From: Aquamicrobium sp.
Lineage (GTDB): Bacteria > Pseudomonadota > Alphaproteobacteria > Rhizobiales > Rhizobiaceae
Reading direction: 5' to 3'
DNA: 64,000 nt
Assembly: GCA_019739225.1 (NCBI GenBank)
Contig: JAHHDT010000006.1
Span: 189,823-253,822, forward strand
Shown: positions 47,159-56,662 of the stretch, in pieces
Layout: the number at the start of each line of letters is the position of its first letter
Numbering within the stretch: position 1 is the first letter of the stretch
Translations under genes and position numbers: made by a program
The notes under the pieces: generated by a model
Seen by the model: the letters and a program-made list of their open reading frames with translations, nothing else
Told to the model about the DNA's origin: nothing
Database searches by the model: none

Positions 47159-48160
47159 TCATGTCCGCCGGTGCCGGCGCAGCATGTCGGCCAGCACCGT
47201 CGCCAGGATCAGGAGGCCGATGACGGCCCGCAGCCAGTAGGCGGAGACATTGATGAAGATCAGCGCCGAGCCGATCGTGGCGAACAGGATGGTCGCCAGC
47301 GTCGAGCCGATGACCGTGCCGGAACCGCCGAGGATCGACACGCCGCCGATGACGGTCGCGGTGATGATCGTCAGTTCGAGGTTCGGCGGCACCGTCGACT
47401 GGATAACCTGGAGCTGCGTGGCGAACAGGATTGCCGCCACGCCGGCGAATGCGCCGTGGATGGCGAAGACGGAGACCAGCCGCCGCTCGACGGGGATGCC
47501 GGTGGCGACTGCCGCCTCCGGGTTGCCGCCGATGGCGTAGATGGAGCGGCCGAATGCCGAATAACGCATCCACAGGAAGGCCGCGATGGTCAGGACGATC
47601 ATGAACAGGAACGGCACGGGCAAGCCGAGCAGCCGCTTTTGCGCGATCAGGAAATCGGGTGGCAGGTCGCTGATCCAGGTGCCGCCGGTGACGCTGATGA
47701 GGCCGCCGCGCAGGATCGACAGCGCGCCCAGCGTGACGACGATGGAGGGTATCTTCGCGTAGGCGACGAGCACGCCGATGACCGTGTTGACCGCCATGCC
47801 GACGAATATCGGCGCAACCAGCGCGAACCAGATCGGATAGCCGGAGACGGCCAGCGTTCCGGCCACGGTCGCCAGCACGCCGATCAGCGCGCCGACGGAG
47901 ACATCGATGTTTCCGGTCATGATGACCATGGCCATGCCGATGGCGGCGACCGCGATATAGGCGTTGCCGGAAAAGATGGTGACGAGGTTGTTGGCGTTGA
48001 CGAAGCGCGGATTGACAAGCGTCACCACCACGAACAGCAGCATGATGGCGGCCAGCACCACGCATTCCTGGCCGTATTCGGCGACGATGCGGCGCAGCAG
48101 GCCGGGCCGCTTGTGGTCGGTCTGCGGGCGGACGGGGGGAAGGTTCACCGCCATGCTCAT
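47159..48160 (-). CDS. Sugar ABC transporter permease (RbsC/AraH-type)
   Basis: 333-aa hydrophobic ORF; TGNIDVSVGALIGV and GGVSILGGSGTVIGS. Its start overlaps the ATPase stop (TGATG). Confidence 0.9.
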   Translation of the reverse strand: MSMAVNLPPVRPQTDHKRPGLLRRIVAEYGQECVVLAAIMLLFVVVTLVNPRFVNANNLVTIFSGNAYIAVAAIGMAMVIMTGNIDVSVGALIGVLATVAGTLAVSGYPIWFALVAPIFVGMAVNTVIGVLVAYAKIPSIVVTLGALSILRGGLISVTGGTWISDLPPDFLIAQKRLLGLPVPFLFMIVLTIAAFLWMRYSAFGRSIYAIGGNPEAAVATGIPVERRLVSVFAIHGAFAGVAAILFATQLQVIQSTVPPNLELTIITATVIGGVSILGGSGTVIGSTLATILFATIGSALIFINVSAYWLRAVIGLLILATVLADMLRRHRRT

Positions 48161-49668
48161 CAGGCCGCCTCCGCGCCGCGATGCGCCGTCATGGCGGCGC
48201 CGACGCGTTCGGGCGTCGCGTCGGCCCGGTCGATCTCGGCTGTGACGCGGCCACCGCTCATCACCAGCATGCGATCGCTCATGCCGAGCACTTCGGGCAG
48301 TTCACTCGAGATCATCAGGATGGCGACGCCGCGTTTGACCAGCTCGCCCATGATCGTGTGGATTTCGGCCTTCGCGCCAACGTCGACGCCGCGTGTGGGT
48401 TCATCGAGAATCAGCACCTTCGGCTCGGTCTCCAGCCATTTGGCGATCACCACCTTCTGCTGGTTGCCGCCGGACAATTCGCTGACCGGCTGGTCGATGT
48501 CGCGGCAGCGGATGCCGAACCGCCTGACGGCCTCCCTCGCGCGCTCCGCCTCGGCGCGGGCCTTGATGAAGATGCCCGAAGACAGCTTCTCGATGGTGGC
48601 CATGGAAACGTTCTTGCGGATCGCCATCGGCCGCACGAGGCCTTGCAGCCCGCGATCCTCCGGCACGTAGGCGATGCCGAGATCGCGCGCCTGGCGTGGC
48701 GAGCCGATGCGCACCGGCACGCCTTCCATGAGGATTTCGCCCGACGTCGCCGGCGTCATGCCGAAGAGGGTCAGCGCGAGCTCGGTGCGACCGCTACCAA
48801 CGAGACCGGCAATGCCGAGGATCTCGCCGCGCCGGAGCCTGAACGAGATGTCCTGCACATGGCGGCCGTGATTGAGGCTCTTCACCTCCAGCACGGTTTC
48901 GCCGATCTCGGCCTCGGCCTTGGGGAACAGGCTGTCGATGGGGCGGCCGACCATCATCGAGACCAGTTGCTGCTCGTTTACCTCGCCGATGTCGCAGGTG
49001 GCGACATGCGCGCCGTCGCGCAGGACGGTGACGCGATCTGCAAGCGCGAAAATCTCGGACATGCGGTGGCTGACATAGACGATGCCGACGCCGCGTTCCC
49101 GCAATTGGCGGACCACCTGCATCAGCCGCTGGACGTCGGATTCCACCAGCGAGGCCGTCGGTTCGTCCATGATGAGGATGCGCGCGTTGCGGCTCAGCGC
49201 CTTGGCGATCTCCACCCGCTGGCGCTGCGCGACAGACAGCGTCAGCACCTTGGCGTCGACGTCGAGATCGTGGGTGTCGAGCTGGTCGAGCAGTTCGCGG
49301 GTGCGCGCGCGCACGGCCGCCCAGTCGATCCAGCCGGCGCCGGTGCGGGGATAGTGGCCGAGAAAGACGTTTTCGGCGACGGTCAGCTCGGGGAAAAGCA
49401 GAAGCTCCTGATAGACGGTGGCGATGCCTGCGGCGGTCGCGTCACCGGTGGCGGCGAACTTCATCTCCTCACCGTTCACGGTGATGGTGCCGCTATCCGG
49501 CTTGTATAGCCCCGCCATCATCTTGATGAGCGTCGACTTGCCGGCGCCGTTCTCGCCGAGCAGCGCATGGACCTCGCCTTCGCGCACGTCGAAATCGACA
49601 TCCTTCAGAACCCTGATGCCTACGAAGGACTTCGACATGCCGCTGAGGCTGATGAAGGGGGCGGTCAT
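48160..49668 (-). CDS. Sugar ABC transporter ATP-binding protein (duplicated ABC domains)
   Basis: ATG at 49668 inside ORF 48160..49791 gives 502 aa: [22 protein letters not shown], and the second domain [15 protein letters not shown]. The upstream part of the ORF translates repeat DNA. Confidence 0.92.
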   Translation of the reverse strand: MTAPFISLSGMSKSFVGIRVLKDVDFDVREGEVHALLGENGAGKSTLIKMMAGLYKPDSGTITVNGEEMKFAATGDATAAGIATVYQELLLFPELTVAENVFLGHYPRTGAGWIDWAAVRARTRELLDQLDTHDLDVDAKVLTLSVAQRQRVEIAKALSRNARILIMDEPTASLVESDVQRLMQVVRQLRERGVGIVYVSHRMSEIFALADRVTVLRDGAHVATCDIGEVNEQQLVSMMVGRPIDSLFPKAEAEIGETVLEVKSLNHGRHVQDISFRLRRGEILGIAGLVGSGRTELALTLFGMTPATSGEILMEGVPVRIGSPRQARDLGIAYVPEDRGLQGLVRPMAIRKNVSMATIEKLSSGIFIKARAEAERAREAVRRFGIRCRDIDQPVSELSGGNQQKVVIAKWLETEPKVLILDEPTRGVDVGAKAEIHTIMGELVKRGVAILMISSELPEVLGMSDRMLVMSGGRVTAEIDRADATPERVGAAMTAHRGAEAA

Positions 49669-49708
49669 GGGCGGGCTCCCTTGTGGCCGCGGACGTTGCG
49701 GGTGAGGC

Positions 49709-49866
49709 GCCCCCTCTCCGCCTCGCTCGCGCTCGGCACCTCTCCCCCACTCCGTGGGGGCGAGGAACCCAAGCTGGAAAAGCGCCGGCATCGCGGCCGC
49801 AGTTCCTCACCCCTGCCGAAGGCGGGGGAGAGGTGTCGAGCTCGAAGAGCGAGACGGAGAGGGGGG
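49709..49866. repeat. Palindromic intergenic repeat element, family A copy 2, inside the sugar gene string
   Basis: The left module is gccccctctccgcctcgctcgcgctcggcacctctcccccactccgtgggggcgaggaaccc. The right module is gttcctcacccctgccgaaggcgggggagaggtgtcgagctcgaagagcgagacggagagggggg. Both are near-identical in core to the copy at 2563-2700. Confidence 0.85.
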
Positions 49867-49873
49867 ACCCGGA

Positions 49874-51307
49874 TCATACGTGACGTTCCTCCCCGACTCT
49901 CGCGGAAGCCGCTGCCTTTGCCGCCTGCCGCCGGTCCGCGGCCAGTTTGCGCCAGCGGTCGCGATAGGCTTCCAGGCCGGGGATGCTGCTAGGGGCGACG
50001 GAGACCGTCTCGTCGCGGAAGGGCGAGAGGCCGAGCGCCTTGAAGGCGAGGGCGGCGGCACCGGTGGCCGACCCCTCGCTCATGGTCGAGCGGGCGACTG
50101 TCTGGGACGGACGAAGCTGGCCGAGCATCGCGGTGAACAAGTCGATCCTTGCGAGGCCGCCATCGACGACAAGCAGGTTGTCGGAACGGATGAGGTCGAG
50201 CGACAGGTCGGTCATCATGACCACGTAGAGCGCGGCGACGGCGGCGCGTTCCTCGCCCTCGACATCGCCGCCGACGATCTCGCCGGTCGTTTCCGGAAAC
50301 GGGCCGCCGGCTGCCCATGACGGCATGGCGAAGATGCCGCGCGCCATCACGCGCTCGACCGCATCCCGTGTGATCGGCTTGTCCCAGCCTCCGCTGATGA
50401 CGTCATATTCGCGGCCGCCCATGAAGCGAAGCGACGGCGCCGGCTCGCCGTTGACGGTGACGTTTGCGATCATGTCGCGTTCGCCGTCGAGTGCATCCAG
50501 CGGGCAGTCGAGGTTGATGATGATGACCCAGGTTCCGGTCGAGACCAGCGTGAAGCCGGACAGCCCGGTCATCCGGTAATAGGCGAGGGCGGCGTTGGAA
50601 TCGTGGACGCCATTGTGGACGTTCAATGTGCGATGCGCGCCGTCGGGAAGCGTGACCTCGGTGGTGCCGACCACTGCACCGGCTGGCGCGATCTCCGGAA
50701 AGAGATCGCGCCAGCCCAGCCGGTCTACCAGGGAGGAAAAGTCACGCTTCAGGGGAGCCCAGAGCTGGTTGTGCGCACCGAGATAGGACCATTCGGCCAG
50801 CGGCCTGCCGGTAAAACGCCAGACCCAGTATTGCGGGAAGCAGAGGATGGACCGCGTCTTCGCGAAGCGTTCGGGCTCCTCGGTTTCGAGCCAGTGGATG
50901 TGGCGCGCGATCGAGAAGCCGAGCGGCAGGCGCGGCGTGTAGGTCTCGGAGAAATCCGGCAGGATCGGGTCGATTTTCGCGGCGACCGCGTCGGGAATCT
51001 CCTGCTCGTAGTCGAGGATCGGATGAAGCAGTTCGCCGTCGCGCACCAGCGCGAAGGCGCAGCCATGCGCCGAGATCATCAGGCCGGTGACGCCATGCAT
51101 GGCGGTGACATCAGCGAGTTCGGCGCTCATCCACGAAAACAGGGCCTCGTCGTCCAGCACGCCGCGGCCACGGAAATCCGTCCAGACGGGTTTCGTGCGC
51201 CGTTCGTCCAGCAGCTTCCCGTCCGGCGCGAAGACGAACAGCTTCGAGTTCGTCTTGCCGAGATCGAAGACGGCGAGCGGGCCGGCTTTCGGGGGCGGCC
51301 TCGTCAC
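49874..51307 (-). CDS. FGGY-like carbohydrate kinase, RhaK-like
   Basis: 477-aa ORF (GTG start overlapping the upstream stop, GTGA). LAVFDLGKTNSKLFVF and LVSTGTWVI resemble the rhizobial rhamnose kinase type as I recall it. It lies directly upstream of the ATPase gene. Confidence 0.75.
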   Translation of the reverse strand: MTRPPPKAGPLAVFDLGKTNSKLFVFAPDGKLLDERRTKPVWTDFRGRGVLDDEALFSWMSAELADVTAMHGVTGLMISAHGCAFALVRDGELLHPILDYEQEIPDAVAAKIDPILPDFSETYTPRLPLGFSIARHIHWLETEEPERFAKTRSILCFPQYWVWRFTGRPLAEWSYLGAHNQLWAPLKRDFSSLVDRLGWRDLFPEIAPAGAVVGTTEVTLPDGAHRTLNVHNGVHDSNAALAYYRMTGLSGFTLVSTGTWVIIINLDCPLDALDGERDMIANVTVNGEPAPSLRFMGGREYDVISGGWDKPITRDAVERVMARGIFAMPSWAAGGPFPETTGEIVGGDVEGEERAAVAALYVVMMTDLSLDLIRSDNLLVVDGGLARIDLFTAMLGQLRPSQTVARSTMSEGSATGAAALAFKALGLSPFRDETVSVAPSSIPGLEAYRDRWRKLAADRRQAAKAAASARVGEERHV

Positions 51308-52197
51308 GGCCTATGCTCCGCGGCGACAAGCTCGTGCTTGCGACGCGCGGTCTCCATGCCGACTTCGATGAAGCGCCGCGCGTGGCGCGCCAGCTCGACA
51401 TTGTCGGACCAGAGGTTGCGCCAGATCGCGGTCTTGCGCGACAGGTTCTCGTCGACGATCTCGGACGAGAAGGATTCGAAGGAGACGTCCTTCGCATAAC
51501 CGACTGCGACGAGCGCGTCGAAGATGGCCGGCCAATCGATGCTGCCGGTGCCGAGGAAGCCGCGATGGCTTTCGCCGATATGGAAATAGCCGATCCTGTC
51601 GGCCGCGTGCCTGATGGCAAGCGCAGCGTCCGCCTCCTCGATGTTCATGTGAAACGTGTCGAGGTGCAGGAAGATGTTGTCCGACCCGGAGGTCTCGATA
51701 TAGGCGAGGCCCTGGGACGCGGTGTTGAGCAGGTTGCTCTCGAAGCGGTTGACGATCTCGACATTGAGCGAGACTCCGGCGCGTTTGGCACGCTCGGCGA
51801 CTTCGGCAAGCGTGTGGGCGCTGCGGTTCCAGCCGTCCTTCGTCGGCATCTCCGTCTGCAGGCCATGGCTCGTCTGCAGGATGCCAGCAAGGACATTGCC
51901 GCCAAGATCGCGGGTGAGCGCGACCATGTCATCGAGAATCTCGACGCCGTGTGCGGCGACTGCCTTGTCGGCGTTGGAGATGTCGCCTTCTTCCGGCAGG
52001 CCAATGCTGATCGCCACGCCCAGCCCGTGTCCGGCGATGCGTCTGGCGAGACGGTCGATGTCGACGTCGGCCGGATCGAGATAGGAGAATTCGATCAGGT
52101 CGAAACCTGCTTCCTTCGTCCGCTCCAGTGTGCGGTCGAGCGCCGACTGGTCGGATGCCGCCGACCAGACGAAGGAATGAATGCCGACATGCGCCAT
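51304..52197 (-). CDS. Xylose-isomerase-like TIM barrel protein, ketose 3-epimerase (DTE/DPE) family-like
   Basis: 297-aa ORF. LNVEIVNRFESNLLNTA, HLDTFHMNIEE and GYFHIGESHRGFLGTGSIDW match the metal-binding pattern (E, D, H, E) of free-ketose 3-epimerases. Confidence 0.8.
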   Translation of the reverse strand: MAHVGIHSFVWSAASDQSALDRTLERTKEAGFDLIEFSYLDPADVDIDRLARRIAGHGLGVAISIGLPEEGDISNADKAVAAHGVEILDDMVALTRDLGGNVLAGILQTSHGLQTEMPTKDGWNRSAHTLAEVAERAKRAGVSLNVEIVNRFESNLLNTASQGLAYIETSGSDNIFLHLDTFHMNIEEADAALAIRHAADRIGYFHIGESHRGFLGTGSIDWPAIFDALVAVGYAKDVSFESFSSEIVDENLSRKTAIWRNLWSDNVELARHARRFIEVGMETARRKHELVAAEHRP

Positions 52198-52264
52198 GGT
52201 TCTTTCCCCGTTCGAAATGGAAGGCTTCCGGCCGCGATCGACGCGGCCGGAAAAATACGCGTGG

Positions 52265-53203
52265 TCAGCGGGCGGCGGTCCAGCCTTGATATTCGCCGAG
52301 ATTTTCCGCAGTGATCAGCTTCGGATCGAGCAGGACCGTGGGTTCCGCAGGCTTCTCGCCCGCAAGCACGGCGGCCGCCATGTCAAGCGCCTGCCCCGCC
52401 ATCACATACGGATCCTGCGAGGCCGAGGCCTTGATCATGGAGTTGCCGCTGGAAAGTTCCTTCTCGATGTCCGGCGCGCCGTCGACGGCGGTGATGATGA
52501 ACTCGTTGCGGTTGAGCTGGCGAGCGGCGAGCTGGGCGCCGATGCCGGTCGGATCGTTGATCGCGAACACGGCGTCGATCTGGTCGAAGCGGGTCAACAG
52601 CGCCTGGAAGACCTTCAGGCCGCCATCGCGCGAGCCTTCCGCGTTCTGGTCGTCCGACAGGATCTTGATGTCGGGGTGCTGCGAAAGCACGTTCTTGCAG
52701 CCCTCGACGCGGTCGATGATGGACGACGAGGCCGGGCCGTTGAGGATGACGTAGTTGCCCTTGCCGCCCGTGTGGTCGACCAGATACTGGCAGGCGACCT
52801 CGCCGGCCTTGACGTTGTTGGTCATCACGGTGACGTCGGCGCCCGGCGCGGAGACGTCGAAGGCGGCGACCACGATGCCTGCTGCCTGCGCCTTCTTCAC
52901 CGCCGGTTCGATCGCCTTGGCATCGACCGCGTTCAGCATGATGACGTCGACGCCGGCGGCAATGAAGCTGTCGACCTGCGAGACCTGCTTGTTGAGATCG
53001 TAGTCGGCTGACACCGATGTCACCTCGACGTCGGGATTGATCTTCCTGGCAGCATCCTCGATGCCTTTGATGGTCGCCACGAAGAACGGGTTGCCGAGCA
53101 GGCCGACCGAGATGCCGACCTTTTCGAGATCCTTGGCGGATGCAGGGGCGATGGCAACCGAGGCGAGCGCGGCTGCGCAAAGCAGTTTGGTGATGCACTT
53201 CAT
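52265..53203 (-). CDS. ABC transporter periplasmic sugar-binding protein, RbsB type
   Basis: ATG at 53203 (ggagga upstream) inside ORF 52265..53281. The signal peptide is MKCITKLLCAAALASVAIAPASA, followed by a typical PBP type I sequence GNPFFVATIKGIEDAA. Confidence 0.9.
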   Translation of the reverse strand: MKCITKLLCAAALASVAIAPASAKDLEKVGISVGLLGNPFFVATIKGIEDAARKINPDVEVTSVSADYDLNKQVSQVDSFIAAGVDVIMLNAVDAKAIEPAVKKAQAAGIVVAAFDVSAPGADVTVMTNNVKAGEVACQYLVDHTGGKGNYVILNGPASSSIIDRVEGCKNVLSQHPDIKILSDDQNAEGSRDGGLKVFQALLTRFDQIDAVFAINDPTGIGAQLAARQLNRNEFIITAVDGAPDIEKELSSGNSMIKASASQDPYVMAGQALDMAAAVLAGEKPAEPTVLLDPKLITAENLGEYQGWTAAR

Positions 53204-53281
53204 TTGCTTCTCCTCCGACTGCGCCGCGCCTCTCGCGGCGCGATGCTTATGTCCGGCCGGCGGCCGGCGCGTTGAGGCCAA

Positions 53282-54193
53282 TCATGTTCGTGCTCCTGCC
53301 TGGAGCCTGTAGCGGTCGAGGGCGACCGCGACGATGATGACCAAGCCTTTGATGATGTACTGCCAGATGTCCGAAACACCGGCGAGGATGAGCCCGTTGG
53401 ACAGCACGGCGATGATGAGGCCACCGATCAGCGTGCCCCAGATGGACCCGACGCCGCCGACGAAGCTGGTGCCGCCGAGGATAACGGCGGCGATGGCGTC
53501 GAGCTCGTAGGATTGCCCGAGCTGGAGGCCGTTCGCAGCGTAAAGACGCGCGGCCGACAGAGCTCCGCCGAGGCCGGCGAGCAGACCGGAGACCCCGTAG
53601 ACGAACAGCAGCACCAGAGGCACCTTGATACCGGTGAGCCTCGCAGCCTCCGCGTTGCCGCCGACGGCATAGATCCAGGTGCCCAGCACCGTGCGCCTGA
53701 GCACGAACCACGAAATCACCACGACCAGAAGTGCGATGATGACGAGCCAGGGGACGCCGAGAAAGGTGCCGTTGCCGAGGAAGGCGAACGGCAGATCGGA
53801 ATTGAAGACGGTTGTGTCGTTGCCGAGCAGGCGCGCCACGCCGCGCACCGCCGTCAGCGACCCGAGCGTGACGATGAAGGGTGGCAGCTTCAGATAGGCG
53901 ATGAGCACGCCGTTCATCATGCCGAAGGCGAGACCGGCGAGAATTGCAGCCGGTACGCCGAGCATGCCGATTTCCGGCATCAGCGACACGATCACGGCGA
54001 TCATCGCCGAAGCAGCCAGTATGGAACCGACCGACAGGTCGATGCCGCCCGTGAGAATGACGAAGGTCATGCCGGCGGCAAGAACGATGTTGATCGAGGA
54101 TTGCTGCAGAACGATCAGCAGGTTCGTCTCGGTCATGAAGCGCGGATTGATGACCTGGAAGATCACCGCCAGCAGGATGAGGGCAGGCAGCAT
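53282..54193 (-). CDS. Sugar ABC transporter permease (RbsC type); N-terminus uncertain
   Basis: 303-aa ORF; TGGIDLSVGSILAA and GGTSFVGGVGSIWGT. The same frame stays open and sensible upstream (ARQARFRVAFAALG), but no ATG, GTG or TTG lies there. An ATG at 54272 that overlaps the ATPase stop (ATGA) is in another frame. Confidence 0.85.
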   Translation of the reverse strand: MLPALILLAVIFQVINPRFMTETNLLIVLQQSSINIVLAAGMTFVILTGGIDLSVGSILAASAMIAVIVSLMPEIGMLGVPAAILAGLAFGMMNGVLIAYLKLPPFIVTLGSLTAVRGVARLLGNDTTVFNSDLPFAFLGNGTFLGVPWLVIIALLVVVISWFVLRRTVLGTWIYAVGGNAEAARLTGIKVPLVLLFVYGVSGLLAGLGGALSAARLYAANGLQLGQSYELDAIAAVILGGTSFVGGVGSIWGTLIGGLIIAVLSNGLILAGVSDIWQYIIKGLVIIVAVALDRYRLQAGART

Positions 54194-54268
54194 GCCGAGT
54201 GCGGCGAATGCAACGCGGAAGCGCGCCTGCCGGGCGCCGTCGCTCGGTGCGGTGCTTGCTCTTGTCAG

Positions 54269-55792
54269 TCATGTGCCTGACGCTCCGGTGGCAAGTTCCA
54301 TGATCTCTTCCTGGGTGAACCGTCGGTCTGCGCGGGCGGATACTTCGCCGACGATCTTACCGTCGCGCATGACAAGCACGCGGTCGGCCACACCGATGAT
54401 TTCCGGCAGCTCGCTGGAGATCATCAGGATGGCGATGCCGTCCTTGGCGAGGTCGTCGATGATGCGGTAGATTTCGGACTTGGCGCCGACATCGACGCCG
54501 CGCGTCGGCTCGTCCAGGATGACGACCCTGGGCTTGGTCTCCAGCAGGCGGGCAAGCAGCACCTTCTGCTGGTTGCCGCCCGACAGCGAACCGACATTCA
54601 TGCGCGTCGAACTGGTGCGGATCGACAGATTCGACACCGCGCGCGCGGCGCGTTTGTCGGCCACCGCAAAGTCCCGGAAGCCGAGCCGCCGCGCATCGCG
54701 CGCCATGACACCCATGTTGATATTGTCGGCGATCGACATGTCGAGGAAGAGACCGAGTTCCCTGCGATCCTCGGTGAGATAGGCGATGCCCGCTTCCAGC
54801 GCGGCTCCCGGCGAGGCGATCTCCACCGGGCGGCCGCCAAGCTCCATGGTTCCGGCGGTCTTGCGGTCCGCCCCGTAGATCAACCGGGCAAGCTCGGTGC
54901 GCCCGGAACCGATCAGCCCCGAGAGCGCCAGGATCTCGCCCTCGTGCAGATCAAGCGAGCAGTCTTTCACCAGCTGCTCGGCGGACAGGCCGCGGACCGA
55001 AAGCGCGACCGGCCGCTGCGCACCGGGCGCCTGATGCTCCTTCTTGTAGAAAGAAGAGATGTCGCGCCCCACCATCATCGAGACGAGGCGCGGCGCATCG
55101 ACCTCCTCGCGGCCCAGCGTGCCGACATAGCCGCCGTCGCGCAGCACGCTGACGCGGTCGGCGAGCTGATACACTTCTTCCATGCGGTGGCTGATGTAGA
55201 TGATGGCGATGCCCTGCGCCTTGAGCCCGGCGATCACCTCGAACAGGCGATCGGTCTCGCGCGAGGTGAGCGATGTCGTCGGCTCATCCATGACGATAAT
55301 GCGCGCATCGGTGGACAGGGCCCGCGCGATCTCGACGAGTTGACGTTCGCCGAGGGAAAGCTGCGAAACCCGGGTGCGGGGCGAGAAGGTCAGACCAAGC
55401 CGGTCGATGATCGGCTTCGCGCGCGTCATCATCGCGCCGGCATCGACGACGCCGAACCGGCGCGGCTCGTTGCCGAGGAAGATGTTCTGCGCAACGGTCA
55501 GGTTCGGCGCGAGCGACAGCTCTTGATAGATGACCGCGACGCCGTTCGCGCGGGCCTTGATCGGGTCGCCGGTGGTGACGGGCTGCCCGTCGATGAGGAT
55601 TTCGCCGCCGGGATCGGGCCGGTAGGCGCCGGACAGCATCTTCATCAGCGTTGATTTGCCGGCCCCGTTCTCGCCCATCAAGGCATGCAGTTCGCCGGCG
55701 TGGACCGTCAGTGAGACGTTGCGCAATGCCCGCACGACGCCGAACGTCTTGCTGATGTCGCGCATTTCCAGGACGGGCGCGGCGCCGGCCAT
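54269..55792 (-). CDS. Sugar ABC transporter ATP-binding protein (duplicated ABC domains)
   Basis: ATG at 55792 inside ORF 54269..55981 gives 507 aa: [41 protein letters not shown]. It starts 1 nt after the DeoR gene stop. Confidence 0.92.
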   Translation of the reverse strand: MAGAAPVLEMRDISKTFGVVRALRNVSLTVHAGELHALMGENGAGKSTLMKMLSGAYRPDPGGEILIDGQPVTTGDPIKARANGVAVIYQELSLAPNLTVAQNIFLGNEPRRFGVVDAGAMMTRAKPIIDRLGLTFSPRTRVSQLSLGERQLVEIARALSTDARIIVMDEPTTSLTSRETDRLFEVIAGLKAQGIAIIYISHRMEEVYQLADRVSVLRDGGYVGTLGREEVDAPRLVSMMVGRDISSFYKKEHQAPGAQRPVALSVRGLSAEQLVKDCSLDLHEGEILALSGLIGSGRTELARLIYGADRKTAGTMELGGRPVEIASPGAALEAGIAYLTEDRRELGLFLDMSIADNINMGVMARDARRLGFRDFAVADKRAARAVSNLSIRTSSTRMNVGSLSGGNQQKVLLARLLETKPRVVILDEPTRGVDVGAKSEIYRIIDDLAKDGIAILMISSELPEIIGVADRVLVMRDGKIVGEVSARADRRFTQEEIMELATGASGT

Positions 55793-55793
55793 G

Positions 55794-56573
55794 TCAGCCT
55801 CCAAGCCCGTTGGCGGAGACAACGCAGAGGCTGACGCCCGCGTTCTCCAGCATCTTGGCATGCTGGTCGCTGATGCCGTCATCGGTGATGAGGGTCGCGA
55901 TCCTGGAGAGCGGCAGGGCGACGTTGCGGGCGTGTATCGAGAATTTGCGGCTGTCGGCCAGCACGACGATCTGGTCGACATTCATGCTGAGTTCCTGGAT
56001 CGAGCGCACCATCAGCGGGTGCGATTCCAGGAGGCCGTCGGGGCTGATCCCCTGTGCGCCGACGAAATATTTGGACGCGAAAAAGGATACGGGCTGGGCA
56101 GGAGAATAGATGACGCGCGGCTCGCGGTGCAGCTCGCCGCCGGCGACGGTGAGGCTGCACTTGCCGTGATCGCCCAGATAGGCTGCCAGCGGCATCGAGT
56201 TGGTGAACAGGCGGATGTTGCGCTCGGCGAGCTTGACGCCGAGGTGAAAGCAGCTCGAGCCGCCATTGACGATGACGGAGTCGCCGTCGGCCACCATTGT
56301 CGCGGCGCGATCGGCGATCTGGCGCTTTGCGTCGACCGCGAGGTCACGGTTCTCGTCATAGGGCCGGGCGAATGCGGTTGCCTGTGCCGCGCCGTCGAGC
56401 GCGGAGATGCCGCCATAGACCTTCCGCGCGGCGCCGGAGCCGTCGATCTTGTCGATGTCGCGCCGGATGGTGGCGGCCGAGACGCCGAGGCGCTCCTGCA
56501 GGTCGCGCACGGAGGCAAACGGCCTGTCACGCAGGATCTCGATGATCTGCTTGTGGCGGCTCAGGTCGCTCAC
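55794..56573 (-). CDS. DeoR/GlpR family transcriptional regulator (RhaR-like position)
   Basis: 259-aa ORF. The HTH is [35 protein letters not shown], followed by a DeoR C-terminal sugar-binding domain. It is divergent from rhaD. Confidence 0.9.
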   Translation of the reverse strand: MSDLSRHKQIIEILRDRPFASVRDLQERLGVSAATIRRDIDKIDGSGAARKVYGGISALDGAAQATAFARPYDENRDLAVDAKRQIADRAATMVADGDSVIVNGGSSCFHLGVKLAERNIRLFTNSMPLAAYLGDHGKCSLTVAGGELHREPRVIYSPAQPVSFFASKYFVGAQGISPDGLLESHPLMVRSIQELSMNVDQIVVLADSRKFSIHARNVALPLSRIATLITDDGISDQHAKMLENAGVSLCVVSANGLGG

Positions 56574-56662
56574 GATTCCTCCTCCCGTGGCGCCGCGAAA
56601 CGCGTCGTATGAGTTAAGTTACGCAAAATGACGCCGCACGCAAGCGGATAGTGACAATCTTT

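Noticed and set aside
47033-48670. 545-aa plus-strand ORF, with similar long shadows at 44868..46157, 48181..49509, 50603..51499 and 51313..52314
   Set aside because: They are antisense to clearly recognisable ABC transporter, kinase and epimerase genes. The translations are Arg/Asp/Gly/His-rich with no family features.
45036-51307. lsr-type autoinducer-2 uptake and processing system (FGGY kinase, ATPase, two permeases, LsrB-like binding protein, with an ABM-like protein nearby)
   Set aside because: The gene order resembles lsrK plus lsrACDB. However, there is no LsrF-type class I aldolase or SorC-type LsrR. The neighbouring genes are rhaI, rhaM and rhaD, and the ABM-like ORF is 6 kb away. 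A rhamnose-type transporter is the simpler reading.
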